Of a stretch of 64,000 nt of DNA, positions 10,039 to 19,941 are shown piece after piece. Position 1 is the first letter of the stretch, and the number at the start of each line of letters is the position of its first letter. Where the stretch lies: NCBI GenBank assembly GCA_048885865.1, contig JBHLLF010000009.1:1-64000 (forward strand), read 5' to 3'. Source of the stretch: Candidatus Hermodarchaeota archaeon (GTDB lineage Archaea > Asgardarchaeota > Thorarchaeia > Thorarchaeales > Thorarchaeaceae). The notes under the pieces are model-generated. The model had not been told where the DNA came from, made no database searches, and saw nothing but the letters and a program-made list of their open reading frames with translations. Made by a program: the position numbers and the translations under genes.

Positions 10039-10557
10039 ATGAGCCTAGCAGTATGGTGGAGAAGAGGCAGCAAACCAGGACTCATCTTGATTTTCCTCGG
10101 AATTGCTGGACTAGCCCAAATTCCAATTCTGTGGCATGCACAGGCCTACATCATTGTGCTAAGCGCTGAACTCCAGCTTCTTGTTGCTCTCGGGGCCATG
10201 GCGGTGCTGGGTGGTGCGTTTATCCTCATGGCAGAGGCAATGTATAGATGGGCTCATATTGTTTCAAGGAAGAAGAAGCGTCGACGTCAGAGAGAGAGGA
10301 ATGACATCATAACTCGACTATCTAGATTCGCCAGATCTTCGACGGATATGCCGGCATTTGTTGGAGTTGCGCTATTGACCTGCATGTTCTTCATGTTCTA
10401 CTTCATTCCATTCGCAATCGCTGACGGAACTAATCTCCCCTCGTTCTTGGCGACCATCGCGTTCTTCGACTCACTCTATATTTACCCAATAGCAGTCAAT
10501 GCAGCTGCGGTTCTGGCAGCGCTCGTTGCCAGCTATATGAACCACAAAATAAGGTAG
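10039..10557 (+). CDS. Four-TM membrane protein
   Basis: Four hydrophobic segments with a basic loop. Confidence 0.7.
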   Translation: MSLAVWWRRGSKPGLILIFLGIAGLAQIPILWHAQAYIIVLSAELQLLVALGAMAVLGGAFILMAEAMYRWAHIVSRKKKRRRQRERNDIITRLSRFARSSTDMPAFVGVALLTCMFFMFYFIPFAIADGTNLPSFLATIAFFDSLYIYPIAVNAAAVLAALVASYMNHKIR

Positions 10558-10630
10558 ATTCAAAATTCCGGTCAATCTAGACCTGAATTCTTAAGTTGAG
10601 TCGGCATTAGATGTAGCTAGGTGAAGCGCT

Positions 10631-11098
10631 ATGGTTGATATCGGAGACATAGCACCGGATTTCACATTACTAGAGGCACCTGCAAAGAGTGTCACATTGA
10701 GTGATGAGTTGAAGGAGGGCCCAGTGGTCTTGTTATTCTATCCAGCTGATTTCACGTCAGTGTGCACAGAGGAAATGTGTTTCTTCAGAGATACACTTGC
10801 AGATTACAACGACTTGGGTGCGAATGTTCTTGGAATATCTGTTGATGGCATTTTCAGTCATGCGGCATTCAAGGAAAAGAATGCAATACAGTTCCCATTG
10901 CTTTCAGATTGGGAGAAGACAGTAATCCATGCCTACGATGTAGTCCATCCAGACCTTGCAGGTATGAAAGAAGTTGCCAAGAGAGCTGTGTTTGTGGTCG
11001 GTGTGGATGGCAAAGTAAGCTACAAGTGGATAGGAGCTAGCCTCGGCGATCTTCCGCCCTTTGATGAAGTGACGGCTGCAGTTAAGGACCTAACTTAA
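10631..11098 (+). CDS. Peroxiredoxin (AhpC/TSA, Bcp/AhpE-like)
   Basis: APDFTL, FYPADFTSVCTEE, FPLLSD, KRAVFVV. Confidence 0.95.
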   Translation: MVDIGDIAPDFTLLEAPAKSVTLSDELKEGPVVLLFYPADFTSVCTEEMCFFRDTLADYNDLGANVLGISVDGIFSHAAFKEKNAIQFPLLSDWEKTVIHAYDVVHPDLAGMKEVAKRAVFVVGVDGKVSYKWIGASLGDLPPFDEVTAAVKDLT

Positions 11099-11392
11099 AA
11101 TCCAAATCGTAAATACAGACCAGTGAGAAGCAGCACCATAAAGATGGTGAATTCAACCAGAATTTTCGGATGAGTCATAGAGATTTGCAATGTTTCAAGG
11201 TTCACAAGGGTGTAATCAGGAAAGCAAGTGCAACGAATGATCCGCTATCATGAAGTCACTAATTGTGATTGGGTCCATAATCATCCCTTTTAGATTGCTC
11301 AAGATGAGTACCTATTAATCAATAATGGCAGAGGAAATGTCTGACGTCGCTAGCTTTATATCACGAATCCAAAGCCATGAAATCGCTAACGT

Positions 11393-11499
11393 GCCGCGGT
11401 AGATCAGCCAGGGAGATCGCACGGCTGAAGACCGTGTTGTCCGCGGTTCACACTGGATATATACGATCCAGTGGCCGAAAAATCCGCGCCGCGGCACCA
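11393..11499 (+). tRNA. tRNA-Phe(GAA) with 30-nt T-loop intron (56/57; 11450-11479)
   Basis: GCCGCGG/CCGCGGC acceptor, GATC D-stem, CACGG-CTGAAGA-CCGTG anticodon arm; BHB CGGT/GCCG with CACTGGAT/ATCCAGTG hairpin; encoded CCA. Confidence 0.95.
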
Positions 11500-11603
11500 T
11501 TCATTCTATACGTTTTTCCAGATTACGGTTGCTTTATGGACTTCCAAAAAGCCGCAACATCAACACTAATTCGATTGCTTAATCATATTCAACAGGTGTA
11601 GAA

Positions 11604-12059
11604 ATGCGCAGGCTCAATCCGAAGAAACTCCATGTTCGCTATAATTCACCAACTTCAGAAGAAGGCCCAATTCATCCAAGATGCTATACATTGACACACT
11701 CAGATCGGACTGGCGATTTCTTTCTCACAGTTGGACCAGAATACGATGAGATGCAAATTCGAGGACTATATACACGCCTCATGAGAGACGAAGTCGTTGC
11801 TGAGTGGAGGGAGGGCAAAGAGGGGTCGGAACTTCATGTTCATTGCGAAGTAGGTAGAGGACTTGGTTCAGCTAGGATGAGAGAGAACATATTTCGCAGA
11901 GAACTCGACTTAGTTCTAGAAGCATTCCGCTATGGTGACCGTGAGTTTTTCGAGAAATATCCCATTCTCGATTCTGCAAGAATTCTGGTGCATTTTCATG
12001 CACGGAAGAAGGTGAACGATAAAGTGGAGGATTGGGGTAGGCCTGAGAATTATTCTTGA
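11604..12059 (+). CDS. Stay-green (SGR, Mg-dechelatase) family protein
   Basis: LNPKKLHV, PRCYTLTHSDRTG, RLMRDEVVAEW, LHVHC, IFRRELDLVLEAFRYGD. Confidence 0.9.
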   Translation: MRRLNPKKLHVRYNSPTSEEGPIHPRCYTLTHSDRTGDFFLTVGPEYDEMQIRGLYTRLMRDEVVAEWREGKEGSELHVHCEVGRGLGSARMRENIFRRELDLVLEAFRYGDREFFEKYPILDSARILVHFHARKKVNDKVEDWGRPENYS

Positions 12060-12077
12060 CTGTAAATGAGTTAGAGT

Positions 12078-12090
12078 GTTCAAATCCACG
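12078..12090 (+). repeat. Partial copy of the spliced tRNA-Phe T-arm
   Basis: GTTCAAATCCACG vs mature GTTCAAATCCGCG (12/13), intergenic just after the SGR gene. Confidence 0.35.
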
Positions 12091-12134
12091 GCCCTCTGAT
12101 TTCAGCTGCCGTCTTGATTTCAAATAACATTGTG

Positions 12135-13085
12135 TCATGAAAGCAGCGGCATAACTTCTTCACAAAACAGGTTCATGTCCTCAGGTGATGTGCTTGGTGC
12201 AAATGTCAGAGTGAAGAATCCAAATCCCATCTCAACATAATTCTGAAGTTGCTCAGCTATTTCATTCGGAGTACCTATCTTGAAAATCTCCATATCTACA
12301 CTAGTCGATCTCACACCACTTCCGCTTGAGGCTTCAGCGGTCTTCCTTATCTTGAACTGGACTTCTTCATTGTCACCGCCGAGGAAAAGAATGAAGCCAA
12401 TCCCCTTTCTTATCTCATCATAGTCCCGACCCACAGACTTGCAGTGGTCCCTCAATGCTTGCAGCTTGTCTTTGACAACCTCTAAGCTACACCATGGGTG
12501 GAAGTGACTGATATCAGCATGCTTTGCTGCTATCTTGAGGGTGAACCTTTCCCCTCCTCCTCCAACCAGTATCGGGATATGTTTCTGCACAGGCGGGGGC
12601 GAATTCTGCACATCTCTATACTGGTATACTTTTCCTTTGTAGTTAGATTTCTCATTGGTGAACATACCTCTGCAGATTTCCACTGTTTCCTCGAGCCCCC
12701 CCATTCGTTCCGTGACAGGCGGGAATCTATTGAAATACGCTTTGAATTCTTGTTCGTGCCATCCTGCGCCTAGACCAAGAATCAGCCTTCCATTGGAGAT
12801 GATATCAATAGTGGTAGCCATCCTTCCTAGGAGAGTCGGCTCTCGAAAACCATAGCAGCTTACCAAAGGAGCCAGTTTGATTCTCTCAGTCACCCCAGCC
12901 AAGCCCGCTAGCGTTGTCCAGCATTCCAAAGGTGGGCCTCTTCCAGTTCCAGGGTCCATAAAATGGTCAGGAATGGAGAAGAAATCAAGTCCACAATCTT
13001 CAGCTGATTGACACATCTGTTTCATAGTCTCAAAGTCACGACTCTCTCCAGCTTCATTTATGCCAAACCAAATCTCACCAGGCAT
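12135..13085 (-). CDS. LLM-class (luciferase-like, probably F420-dependent) oxidoreductase
   Basis: PDHF, LECWTTLAGLA, SNGRLILGLGAGW, PILVGGGGE. Confidence 0.93.
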   Translation of the reverse strand: MPGEIWFGINEAGESRDFETMKQMCQSAEDCGLDFFSIPDHFMDPGTGRGPPLECWTTLAGLAGVTERIKLAPLVSCYGFREPTLLGRMATTIDIISNGRLILGLGAGWHEQEFKAYFNRFPPVTERMGGLEETVEICRGMFTNEKSNYKGKVYQYRDVQNSPPPVQKHIPILVGGGGERFTLKIAAKHADISHFHPWCSLEVVKDKLQALRDHCKSVGRDYDEIRKGIGFILFLGGDNEEVQFKIRKTAEASSGSGVRSTSVDMEIFKIGTPNEIAEQLQNYVEMGFGFFTLTFAPSTSPEDMNLFCEEVMPLLS

Positions 13086-13178
13086 GTACTCCCAACCTTT
13101 GCGAATAATAGCGAACATCAATTAATAAAATGAGGAACCAGATTTGTCTTCTGGTATTATGAAGAATCTTGAGGAATA

Positions 13179-13201
13179 TTCGGATGCTCATCGTGACACC
13201 A
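13179..13201 (+). repeat. Degenerate copy of the tRNA-Phe 3' end (spliced form)
   Basis: TTCGGATGCTCATCGTGACACCA vs TTCAAATCCGCGCCGCGGCACCA, 15/23 ungapped. Confidence 0.35.
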
Positions 13202-13281
13202 CACCATTCTCTGACTTCTGAATAGAGAAGACTCAATAGATATTCAAGTTGACTTTCATAATCGATCTGGAGTTGGCTACC

Positions 13282-13626
13282 ATGCGCATAGTACGGGAAT
13301 CTGAAGCCCCCATGCTGGAAACCGTTAAGGGAAGACAGGGAGTGATTCTCATAGTTGGCGAAAACGTCATGATGATGAAACTCACCATCGAACCAGGAAT
13401 ACCGACTCCGCCACATTCACATCCTCATGAGCAAATGGGCTATCTACTGGAAGGGAAGGGCATTCTGTACATTAACAACGAGTCCAGAGAGATTGAAGCA
13501 GGCACATCATTCTGGATACCTCCAAATGCCCCTCACAACTTTGATGCAACGGGAGATAGGCCTGCAGTTCTTATCGAGGCTTTCAGTCCTCCTCGAGAAG
13601 ACTATTTGAATCGTGTCGAAGACTAA
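13282..13626 (+). CDS. Cupin domain protein
   Basis: PHSHPHEQMGY...IPPNAPH...FSPPREDY. Confidence 0.92.
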   Translation: MRIVRESEAPMLETVKGRQGVILIVGENVMMMKLTIEPGIPTPPHSHPHEQMGYLLEGKGILYINNESREIEAGTSFWIPPNAPHNFDATGDRPAVLIEAFSPPREDYLNRVED

Positions 13627-13790
13627 TGCGGATGGTTTGACTGGTTAAGAAACTGGCAATCTATGCCTGAGGATTTGCCAAGAAGGTCATGGAACAATAA
13701 ACCTTGAATTCTGCCGAAAAGTAGTTATCGAAATCTGCAGAATGCAGTATGTCGACTCCAGAATACCTCAGGACTCATCTATGATGGGAC

Positions 13791-14225
13791 GTGATTGCGT
13801 TGAAGTGGTCTGAATTCACGAAGTATGCGCTTATTGGCATGCTTGTTGTCGGTCTTTTTCTTTCAGTTCCATACAGACGAGTTGAACAGCGAACCAATAC
13901 CTATGAGTTTACACCCCAATCATGGCACAATGTCACGCTGTTGTTTGGAGGCCCGATGATCACCCTTGTCACTGTTGATCTGAACAGAACATCGGATATT
14001 CGCTTCATGTATCCGGAGGGAGTTTGGCCTAGGAATTTCCTGCTGGCGTCATTTACGGGGACAAATGCAATGTATAACTATCGAGGGGAACATTATACAA
14101 TATCTATTGAAATTGACGCAAAAGGACCAGTTTGGATTAGGGTGCGCTATGTATATGCTGAAGAAATAGAGGGCAGCTTTTTTGACGACCCATTTAGCTG
14201 GCTGAATCCTTTCACGTTTCCCTGA
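13791..14225 (+). CDS. Membrane-anchored hypothetical protein
   Basis: N-terminal TM, beta-rich body. Confidence 0.65.
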   Translation: MIALKWSEFTKYALIGMLVVGLFLSVPYRRVEQRTNTYEFTPQSWHNVTLLFGGPMITLVTVDLNRTSDIRFMYPEGVWPRNFLLASFTGTNAMYNYRGEHYTISIEIDAKGPVWIRVRYVYAEEIEGSFFDDPFSWLNPFTFP

Positions 14226-14285
14226 CAGCAAGCTTGGTCGTGGTCGTGGAATTAGACTCTTATCAATTCCTATTCCGAGGTGAAC

Positions 14286-14585
14286 CTATGCCTTCCCATG
14301 GGCCCTCTTCCTAGCAGTGATTTTGAGGACCACGCCCGCTGAGGTGGGATCAGGACAACGAACGAACTCTGTTGTGATTCCATCCTTGTTGATGACCTTC
14401 TCATAGGGAGTGCCCTTGTAGCTCCACCCAAGTCGACCATCGAATATCAGTACTCGAATCATTGCATTTGCACTGTCTAGGAGCCACGGACATATCTTAC
14501 CTGCATCTTCCTCATACTTGAACTTCTGACCCACAGGGTGTCTCCCACACCCGCTCTCGAATATCTCAAGTTCTATTTCTCTCAT
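14286..14585 (-). CDS. TIGR04076-like Cys-containing protein
   Basis: CGRHPVGQKF, ICPW, CPDP; AGGAGGT SD before ATG 14585. Confidence 0.7.
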   Translation of the reverse strand: MREIELEIFESGCGRHPVGQKFKYEEDAGKICPWLLDSANAMIRVLIFDGRLGWSYKGTPYEKVINKDGITTEFVRCPDPTSAGVVLKITARKRAHGKA

Positions 14586-14744
14586 CGAAAAGCAACCTCC
14601 TTTTTGATGACAATAGCCCCTCAATAGTGGTTTCTATTAACGCAGGATTTTCCACTCTAGAAAGGACCATATGCGGAAAAGGCCAAGTGGTGGCTAGGAG
14701 ATTTGCAGGTGTCAGAAACTGTATGGGGTATTTTTCCACTAGCA

Positions 14745-14927
14745 ATGGATGAGAGCGACCTCATGATGCTGCTCCTGTCACTACTAGTGCTCATTGTACT
14801 TGTAATTCTGATATTCATCACTTTTCCAATGGAAATAGCCCTACTCATGACTGCTGGAATCGGACTTGCATTTGTATATGCAGTATATGAAACAAGAAAG
14901 ATGGCTAGATTGAATGCCGGAGAATGA
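14745..14927 (+). CDS. Small two-TM membrane protein
   Basis: Two hydrophobic helices. Confidence 0.55.
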   Translation: MDESDLMMLLLSLLVLIVLVILIFITFPMEIALLMTAGIGLAFVYAVYETRKMARLNAGE

Positions 14928-14967
14928 GAGAAAAAGAGGAAGGGGGCTGATGCCCCCCGATTGTTTG

Positions 14968-16080
14968 TTAAGAACCTTGATATCCGTCAGAATAGACTCG
15001 GCGTTTCTCGTATTCTTCTTCATAGCGGCGGTAGAGGCGTCTGCGTCTGCCAAAAGGCCGCTGCCTCTTGCCATGGTCACCCTGCCACCATAGACCCCTG
15101 CCACTCTGGAGATGCATTGGAACCTTCGTCAGGTTAACAATGACCTTCCAGGTGTTAGTCACGACTACGATGAAGATGATGAAGAGCCATATCGAGTCGA
15201 ATGATACGAAGGGAATCCCTTGATCGATGAAGAAGGCCTCCAAGTCAATCAGACCCCAAGTCACTCCATCAATACTGCCATAGAAGTAGTCTGTAGGCCA
15301 GCCGACGTTGATAAGACCCATTGCCAACAGGATCATGGCTATTCCCAGCACTGCTTCGAAGATCAGATTGAGGTTGTTCTCACCTGCCACCAGAAACATG
15401 CCACCCTTGACAGCACCCAAGAATAACAGCGCTACTACAGGCCCTACGAAGGGAACGAATGCAGGCGTGTAGAGAGCCTGGATTGTTGGGTGGAGTAGGA
15501 CTATTCCGAAAACAATCCCGAAGAACACATCACCTGCTGCATCAGACTTTGGCTTGGGCTTGAAGCCTTCACTTCCTATGCCGAGGAATCCCTCTAGAGC
15601 GGTCCTTTCAGTCGGCAACTTCTCCCTATCAGCCAGAGTGATTCCACCGATTATCACCACGACAAAGACCACGTTGACCACTATCATGATTGGCAGTGAC
15701 ACGGGGAAGTTCTCAATCTCAGCGATTACCCCGAGGGGAACGAGTAGAGCATTGCCAACAACATATGCGCCTACGATAAATGCAACCCCTACTCCTATCA
15801 GGACTAGTAGCATTCTCATCACAGGCTGGGCATATTCAGCAGGAACAGGTCCAACCTTCTTACCGCTATCCGCATACTCACTCGCCACCGTCTTGGGCTC
15901 ACCCATCCGTTCAATCGCCATGAGCGTTGAGCCCGGGGTCATGTTCCCACTCCCAATAGACTCAGCAGACTCAATGAGGTGAGTGCGAATCTCTCGGAGG
16001 ACGTCCTCGCTGCCAATAGGCAAATAGACCTTGACACGATCAAGATACTCATCAATAAGCTTCATTGGATCCTTGGTCAT
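14968..16080 (-). CDS. PadR-associated membrane sensor (HAAS-like N-terminus)
   Basis: LIDEYL..V...L...EIRTHL...ERMGEPKTVASEY plus several TMs; coupled to padR. Confidence 0.8.
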   Translation of the reverse strand: MTKDPMKLIDEYLDRVKVYLPIGSEDVLREIRTHLIESAESIGSGNMTPGSTLMAIERMGEPKTVASEYADSGKKVGPVPAEYAQPVMRMLLVLIGVGVAFIVGAYVVGNALLVPLGVIAEIENFPVSLPIMIVVNVVFVVVIIGGITLADREKLPTERTALEGFLGIGSEGFKPKPKSDAAGDVFFGIVFGIVLLHPTIQALYTPAFVPFVGPVVALLFLGAVKGGMFLVAGENNLNLIFEAVLGIAMILLAMGLINVGWPTDYFYGSIDGVTWGLIDLEAFFIDQGIPFVSFDSIWLFIIFIVVVTNTWKVIVNLTKVPMHLQSGRGLWWQGDHGKRQRPFGRRRRLYRRYEEEYEKRRVYSDGYQGS

Positions 16081-16445
16081 TGTGTTTCGACCCCCGTTGT
16101 GATGTCTCTCATCTCATGCGAGAGGACATTCCAGGTCTGCGCCATCATCTGAAGAGCTGTGCGGCCTTCATCTGTCAAACCGTAATATTTCTTGGGTTTT
16201 GTTGGATCTTCATAGTCCCACTCAGATACCAACAAGCCACGTTTCTCCATCCGTCTCAGCAGAGGATAGACAGTACCTTGTTCGAGCTGCAAGAAGGAAA
16301 CTTTCTGTTCCAGTTTCTTCACAAGCTCGTAGCCATAGGCGGGCTCATCATCGAGAAGAGCCAGTATCGCAAGAGTAACTGCACCGCGCTTCACTTCTTT
16401 AGCCCACCTGTCCATTTCTTGGTCTGCTTTCGACATCAGTTTCAC
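16077..16445 (-). CDS. PadR family transcriptional regulator
   Basis: YGYELVK, GTVYPLLRRME, KKYYGLTDEGR. Confidence 0.95.
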   Translation of the reverse strand: MKLMSKADQEMDRWAKEVKRGAVTLAILALLDDEPAYGYELVKKLEQKVSFLQLEQGTVYPLLRRMEKRGLLVSEWDYEDPTKPKKYYGLTDEGRTALQMMAQTWNVLSHEMRDITTGVETQ

Positions 16446-16450
16446 CAGAT

Positions 16451-16540
16451 TTGTATTGCTTTGTATTGTGCATCATTGTGCATCACACTATACTGTGTAT
16501 TGTATAGTACTAGGTGTTATTTGTATATAAATGTTACTAG
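16451..16540. promoter_or_regulatory. Probable PadR operator array
   Basis: ACTATAC-N8-GTATAGT (16487-16508) among repeated TGTAT/TTGTGCATCA units directly upstream of padR. Confidence 0.55.
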
Positions 16541-16575
16541 GTAGGCAAGAAACTCTGAGAATGCAAAAGGAAATG

Positions 16576-17697
16576 TCAGGTGCCCTCATTCGGCGTTTCA
16601 TCATCAGCAATATGCTTCTTGGACCGCTGGCGCCACGCAGAGAGTCGAGATCTCAGCATCAACATGAATGGGACCTTCATTTCGGACTCTTCACTTAACT
16701 TTCCATCTTCTTCTAGGGGTTCAATTGCCCGAACATACTGAAGCAGAACCAATCCGATGACAAATGTGGCGGGAAATGGTATGACTAGTAAATACTGCGA
16801 AAACACAATTGCGAACAGCATATAGATGACTGATGGTATCTGCATGGCGAACCCCGTGATATAAGCCGTCCTCTTGCTTCCTCTACCTAGCACATATCTC
16901 ACTACTGTCCATACGAAAAGCAAGTTTGCAAGAGAAACTGCGATGGAGATCCCGTATGTTGCCCAATTGAGTGGTTCTTGTATTATGATCCCAATGGAGC
17001 TGTATGGTGATTCTATGTATTTGGAATATTCGAACTGTAGGAGAAAGCCCGCAAATGCAAGTGGTACATATGGAGAGGAGGTATAAGGCCCAGCTTGCCA
17101 CAGGACTACAGTAGGAAGCAGGAGCGCACTAAGGAGCAGAAAAAGGCTGACGCTCTTTGGTGAGAGAAGTGTGTCCTTCAAGCCTCTATCAATTTCATTC
17201 ATATTCCTCGCTGGAAGAGAGTTGCAGAACCATGCGATGGACGGCAGGAGCATGAAACCAGCAAGAAGTAGACTACAGTAACCAACTGAAACTGGTAAAT
17301 TCGTAGCAATGTCGAACCACTCCATCGAGCTAACGGAAAGGAACTGCATGAATAAGTAGATCGGATAAGCAGAGAAAACAATTCCAGACAATAGTGCTGA
17401 GAAGCGGGGGAATGACTCACTGCCATGCATGCCTAGTCTAAGCGTGAAACTCAAGGCAAGCAGACCCAGCAAAAGGCTCAGTGGATGCTGAAGCAAGTAC
17501 CACCGGAATAGAATAGGAAACGTTCCCCCTGCGAATGTTTGGAGATAGTAAGTATCGTTGTAGGCGGTAATACTCGTTCCTGCCGAATCACTGCTGAAAT
17601 AAAGCAACAAGGGGATAAGTAAAATAAACAACAACCGCAGGCTATTCCAGAATACCGACTTGAGAATCCTCTTCAATGCAACTCGTGATCCTAGCAA
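16576..17697 (-). CDS. Multi-pass membrane protein
   Basis: Many TM segments, charged C-terminal tail. Confidence 0.75.
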   Translation of the reverse strand: MLGSRVALKRILKSVFWNSLRLLFILLIPLLLYFSSDSAGTSITAYNDTYYLQTFAGGTFPILFRWYLLQHPLSLLLGLLALSFTLRLGMHGSESFPRFSALLSGIVFSAYPIYLFMQFLSVSSMEWFDIATNLPVSVGYCSLLLAGFMLLPSIAWFCNSLPARNMNEIDRGLKDTLLSPKSVSLFLLLSALLLPTVVLWQAGPYTSSPYVPLAFAGFLLQFEYSKYIESPYSSIGIIIQEPLNWATYGISIAVSLANLLFVWTVVRYVLGRGSKRTAYITGFAMQIPSVIYMLFAIVFSQYLLVIPFPATFVIGLVLLQYVRAIEPLEEDGKLSEESEMKVPFMLMLRSRLSAWRQRSKKHIADDETPNEGT

Positions 17698-17999
17698 CTC
17701 TGAATCCCCCTTGGGAAATGCGAGTGTAGAATCACTTCTTCAGTTCCGCCAACAGCTTGCACCAGCCAGATAGCTGGTGATACATCAGACAGCTCGCTAT
17801 CACGCGAAGAATCAAGGCCATCATTAAAATGTTGGATTGGCTGAATCCATGAAGCTGTTCTGAAAGCCATTACAAATCGACCAGTGAATTCGATTCTCGC
17901 CGCAACAGATTTGTCGGCGATGTGATTCTGTATGCAGTCCATAGTTTCTGCAGCTGAAGATGTACAGATGGATGCAGGACTCATGAACCACAGCATCAT
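17691..17999 (-). CDS. Hypothetical protein
   Basis: Stop overlaps the start of the next gene; no recognisable motif. Confidence 0.35.
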   Translation of the reverse strand: MMLWFMSPASICTSSAAETMDCIQNHIADKSVAARIEFTGRFVMAFRTASWIQPIQHFNDGLDSSRDSELSDVSPAIWLVQAVGGTEEVILHSHFPRGIQSC

Positions 18000-18169
18000 G
18001 ATCTTCCTTCTGGGTGCCCTGAAAGCACAATGACTCTACCCTAAAACCTGCATTTGATGAAATAAAGCTTTGCTCAGTAAGTGGGTGTTTGAGGAATACT
18101 TGCAAAAACCGCAAGTATTTGTGAGAGAACGAACGAAAGCATAGTAATCAAATCCAAGGTGCCAGAGAT

Positions 18170-18616
18170 ATGAGAAACGACCCAGTCATTGTTGCGGTTA
18201 AACTTCACCATCCTGATGCAAAGGTACCAAGGCTGGCGAATCAGGGAGATGTAGCATTTGATTTGTACTCAGTTGAAGATGTGACATTGAAACCGGGGCA
18301 GTGGCATGCAGTGGCCACTGGAATATCTCTCGAGATATCTCCCGGCTATGAGGGGCAAGTGAGGCCGAGAAGTGGCCTGGCACTGAAACATGGTGTGACA
18401 GTTCTCAATGCACCAGGCACCATAGACAGCGGGTACCGCGGTGAAGTGAAATCAATCATGATTAACCACGGGAAAGAGCCCTTCAAGATAACCAAGGGAA
18501 TGAGGATCTCTCAACTGGCTATTCGTGCTGTTCCCAAGGCTCTCTTTGAGGCTGTCGATGACCTTGAAGAGTCTGAACGGGGAGAGGGGGGGTTCGGAAG
18601 CACCGGGATGAAATGA
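18170..18616 (+). CDS. dut: Trimeric dUTPase
   Basis: FDL, RPRSGLA, GTIDSGYRGE, RISQL, RGEGGFGSTG. Confidence 0.97.
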   Translation: MRNDPVIVAVKLHHPDAKVPRLANQGDVAFDLYSVEDVTLKPGQWHAVATGISLEISPGYEGQVRPRSGLALKHGVTVLNAPGTIDSGYRGEVKSIMINHGKEPFKITKGMRISQLAIRAVPKALFEAVDDLEESERGEGGFGSTGMK

Positions 18617-18669
18617 ACCTCTTGTCGCAATGTTTTTAATCGACAGTATTGGTCTTGACGAACCTGAAT

Positions 18670-18778
18670 GGGCCGGTGGTCTAGCCCGGCTATTGTATCA
18701 TTCCTCGGAATGGTATAGTCGATTGATACCGCATTGACAGTGCGGTGGTCACGTGTTCAAATCACGTCCGGCCCACCA
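18670..18778 (+). tRNA. tRNA-Val(GAC) with 31-nt D-arm intron (21/22; 18693-18723)
   Basis: GGGCCGG/CCGGCCC acceptor, CCGCA-TTGACAG-TGCGG arm, ACGTG-TTCAAAT-CACGT; central helix CGGC/GTCG with 3-nt bulges. Confidence 0.93.
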
Positions 18779-18890
18779 ATTTCTATTCCTGATTTTACTA
18801 ATCTTGTAGCATCATTTGCTCAAAGGCATTATAAGCATAGAATCAGCAATCTAACCTGAGAAACTATCAATTTGGATTTTGGGAGATATT

Positions 18891-19328
18891 ATGCAAACAG
18901 TAGCACTAGAAAGAGTCAGAATTAGAATGGTCTTGGACTTTCTCTCACGGAACTACTCACGCGTCTATAGAAAGGAGTGGAGAGAAGGTGACAAGATCTT
19001 GGCTATTTTCGTTCACCAAGAATATGTCTTGAGAACAAGTAGTGATCAGACGCTAGTCACGATAGTTGAGTATAATCAATCCTCTGAGAGGGGAATGTGT
19101 ACCGTGGTGGCAAGCGGAGGAGGAAAGGGTCTCTTTGGCTTTGACTGGGGTTCAGGATCTGATGGAGAACGAACCGTGAGCAGTAGGATTGAGAATCTAA
19201 TCAGAACGGATGAGATGCGTGCCAGACGATACTGCCACAACTGCGACACATGGAATGATTATGAAGCAGAAAGGGGGCAAACCGAAGTCTTCTGCAGAAC
19301 CTGCGGACAGAGGATTAAGATTCAGTAG
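18891..19328 (+). CDS. DUF6054-like domain plus C-terminal zinc ribbon
   Basis: EYVLRTSS...VVASGGGKGLFGFDWG; CHNC...CRTCG. Confidence 0.65.
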   Translation: MQTVALERVRIRMVLDFLSRNYSRVYRKEWREGDKILAIFVHQEYVLRTSSDQTLVTIVEYNQSSERGMCTVVASGGGKGLFGFDWGSGSDGERTVSSRIENLIRTDEMRARRYCHNCDTWNDYEAERGQTEVFCRTCGQRIKIQ

Positions 19329-19341
19329 GAGCATAGCTAGG

Positions 19342-19863
19342 CTAGAAATACATTCCAGCACGCATTGGATAGCGTTTTCTGAATACACTCATTGCGGACT
19401 TGTCGAGCTGGTCCTGGACCTTCTTCACATCCCCGCCGAGCGAGGTTAGGTCAGGCCTTGTCAGAACTGGTCCACTGAGTATGTGGTCTATGGAACCTGT
19501 GCCTAGCTCTGCGGTTGAAACTGGCGCCCTCTGTATAATGCGGCGAAGTTTCGATTGCATGCCCAGGGGATTGCCAAATGCGGCAACAAGTCCCCGTATA
19601 TCGGTCTCAGTCAGGGGTCTGAAACCAAACTCAGGAGTCGATCGGACAGACTGGACAACACTATTTGAATCCTTGATCTCCATGCCTGAACCAACAAACT
19701 CGAAGGGATTCAATGAGATGAGCTTTAGCTGAAATGCAGAGTCTGGCCCGACCACTAGCATCTCTCCTCGAGGAGTGGTCATTACCCTCCAGCCTCTGGG
19801 TCGTTCTGAATACTGCTCGAGGATGCGAGGCACAAGTTCTTCAGCTGGCTCAATCTTTGTCAA
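19342..19863 (-). CDS. Hypothetical protein
   Basis: 173-aa ORF with plausible composition. Confidence 0.75.
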   Translation of the reverse strand: MTKIEPAEELVPRILEQYSERPRGWRVMTTPRGEMLVVGPDSAFQLKLISLNPFEFVGSGMEIKDSNSVVQSVRSTPEFGFRPLTETDIRGLVAAFGNPLGMQSKLRRIIQRAPVSTAELGTGSIDHILSGPVLTRPDLTSLGGDVKKVQDQLDKSAMSVFRKRYPMRAGMYF

Positions 19864-19941
19864 TGTGTTTCAATGATATAATCGCGTTTACTCTGATAAC
19901 CATGTCGTTGAAGCAGCTCATGCACCGGAATAGAAGTGGCT

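Noticed and set aside
11315-11601. ORFs overlapping tRNA genes (also 27308-27614 and 59082-59348)
   Set aside because: Spurious frames across tRNA or tRNA-like sequence.
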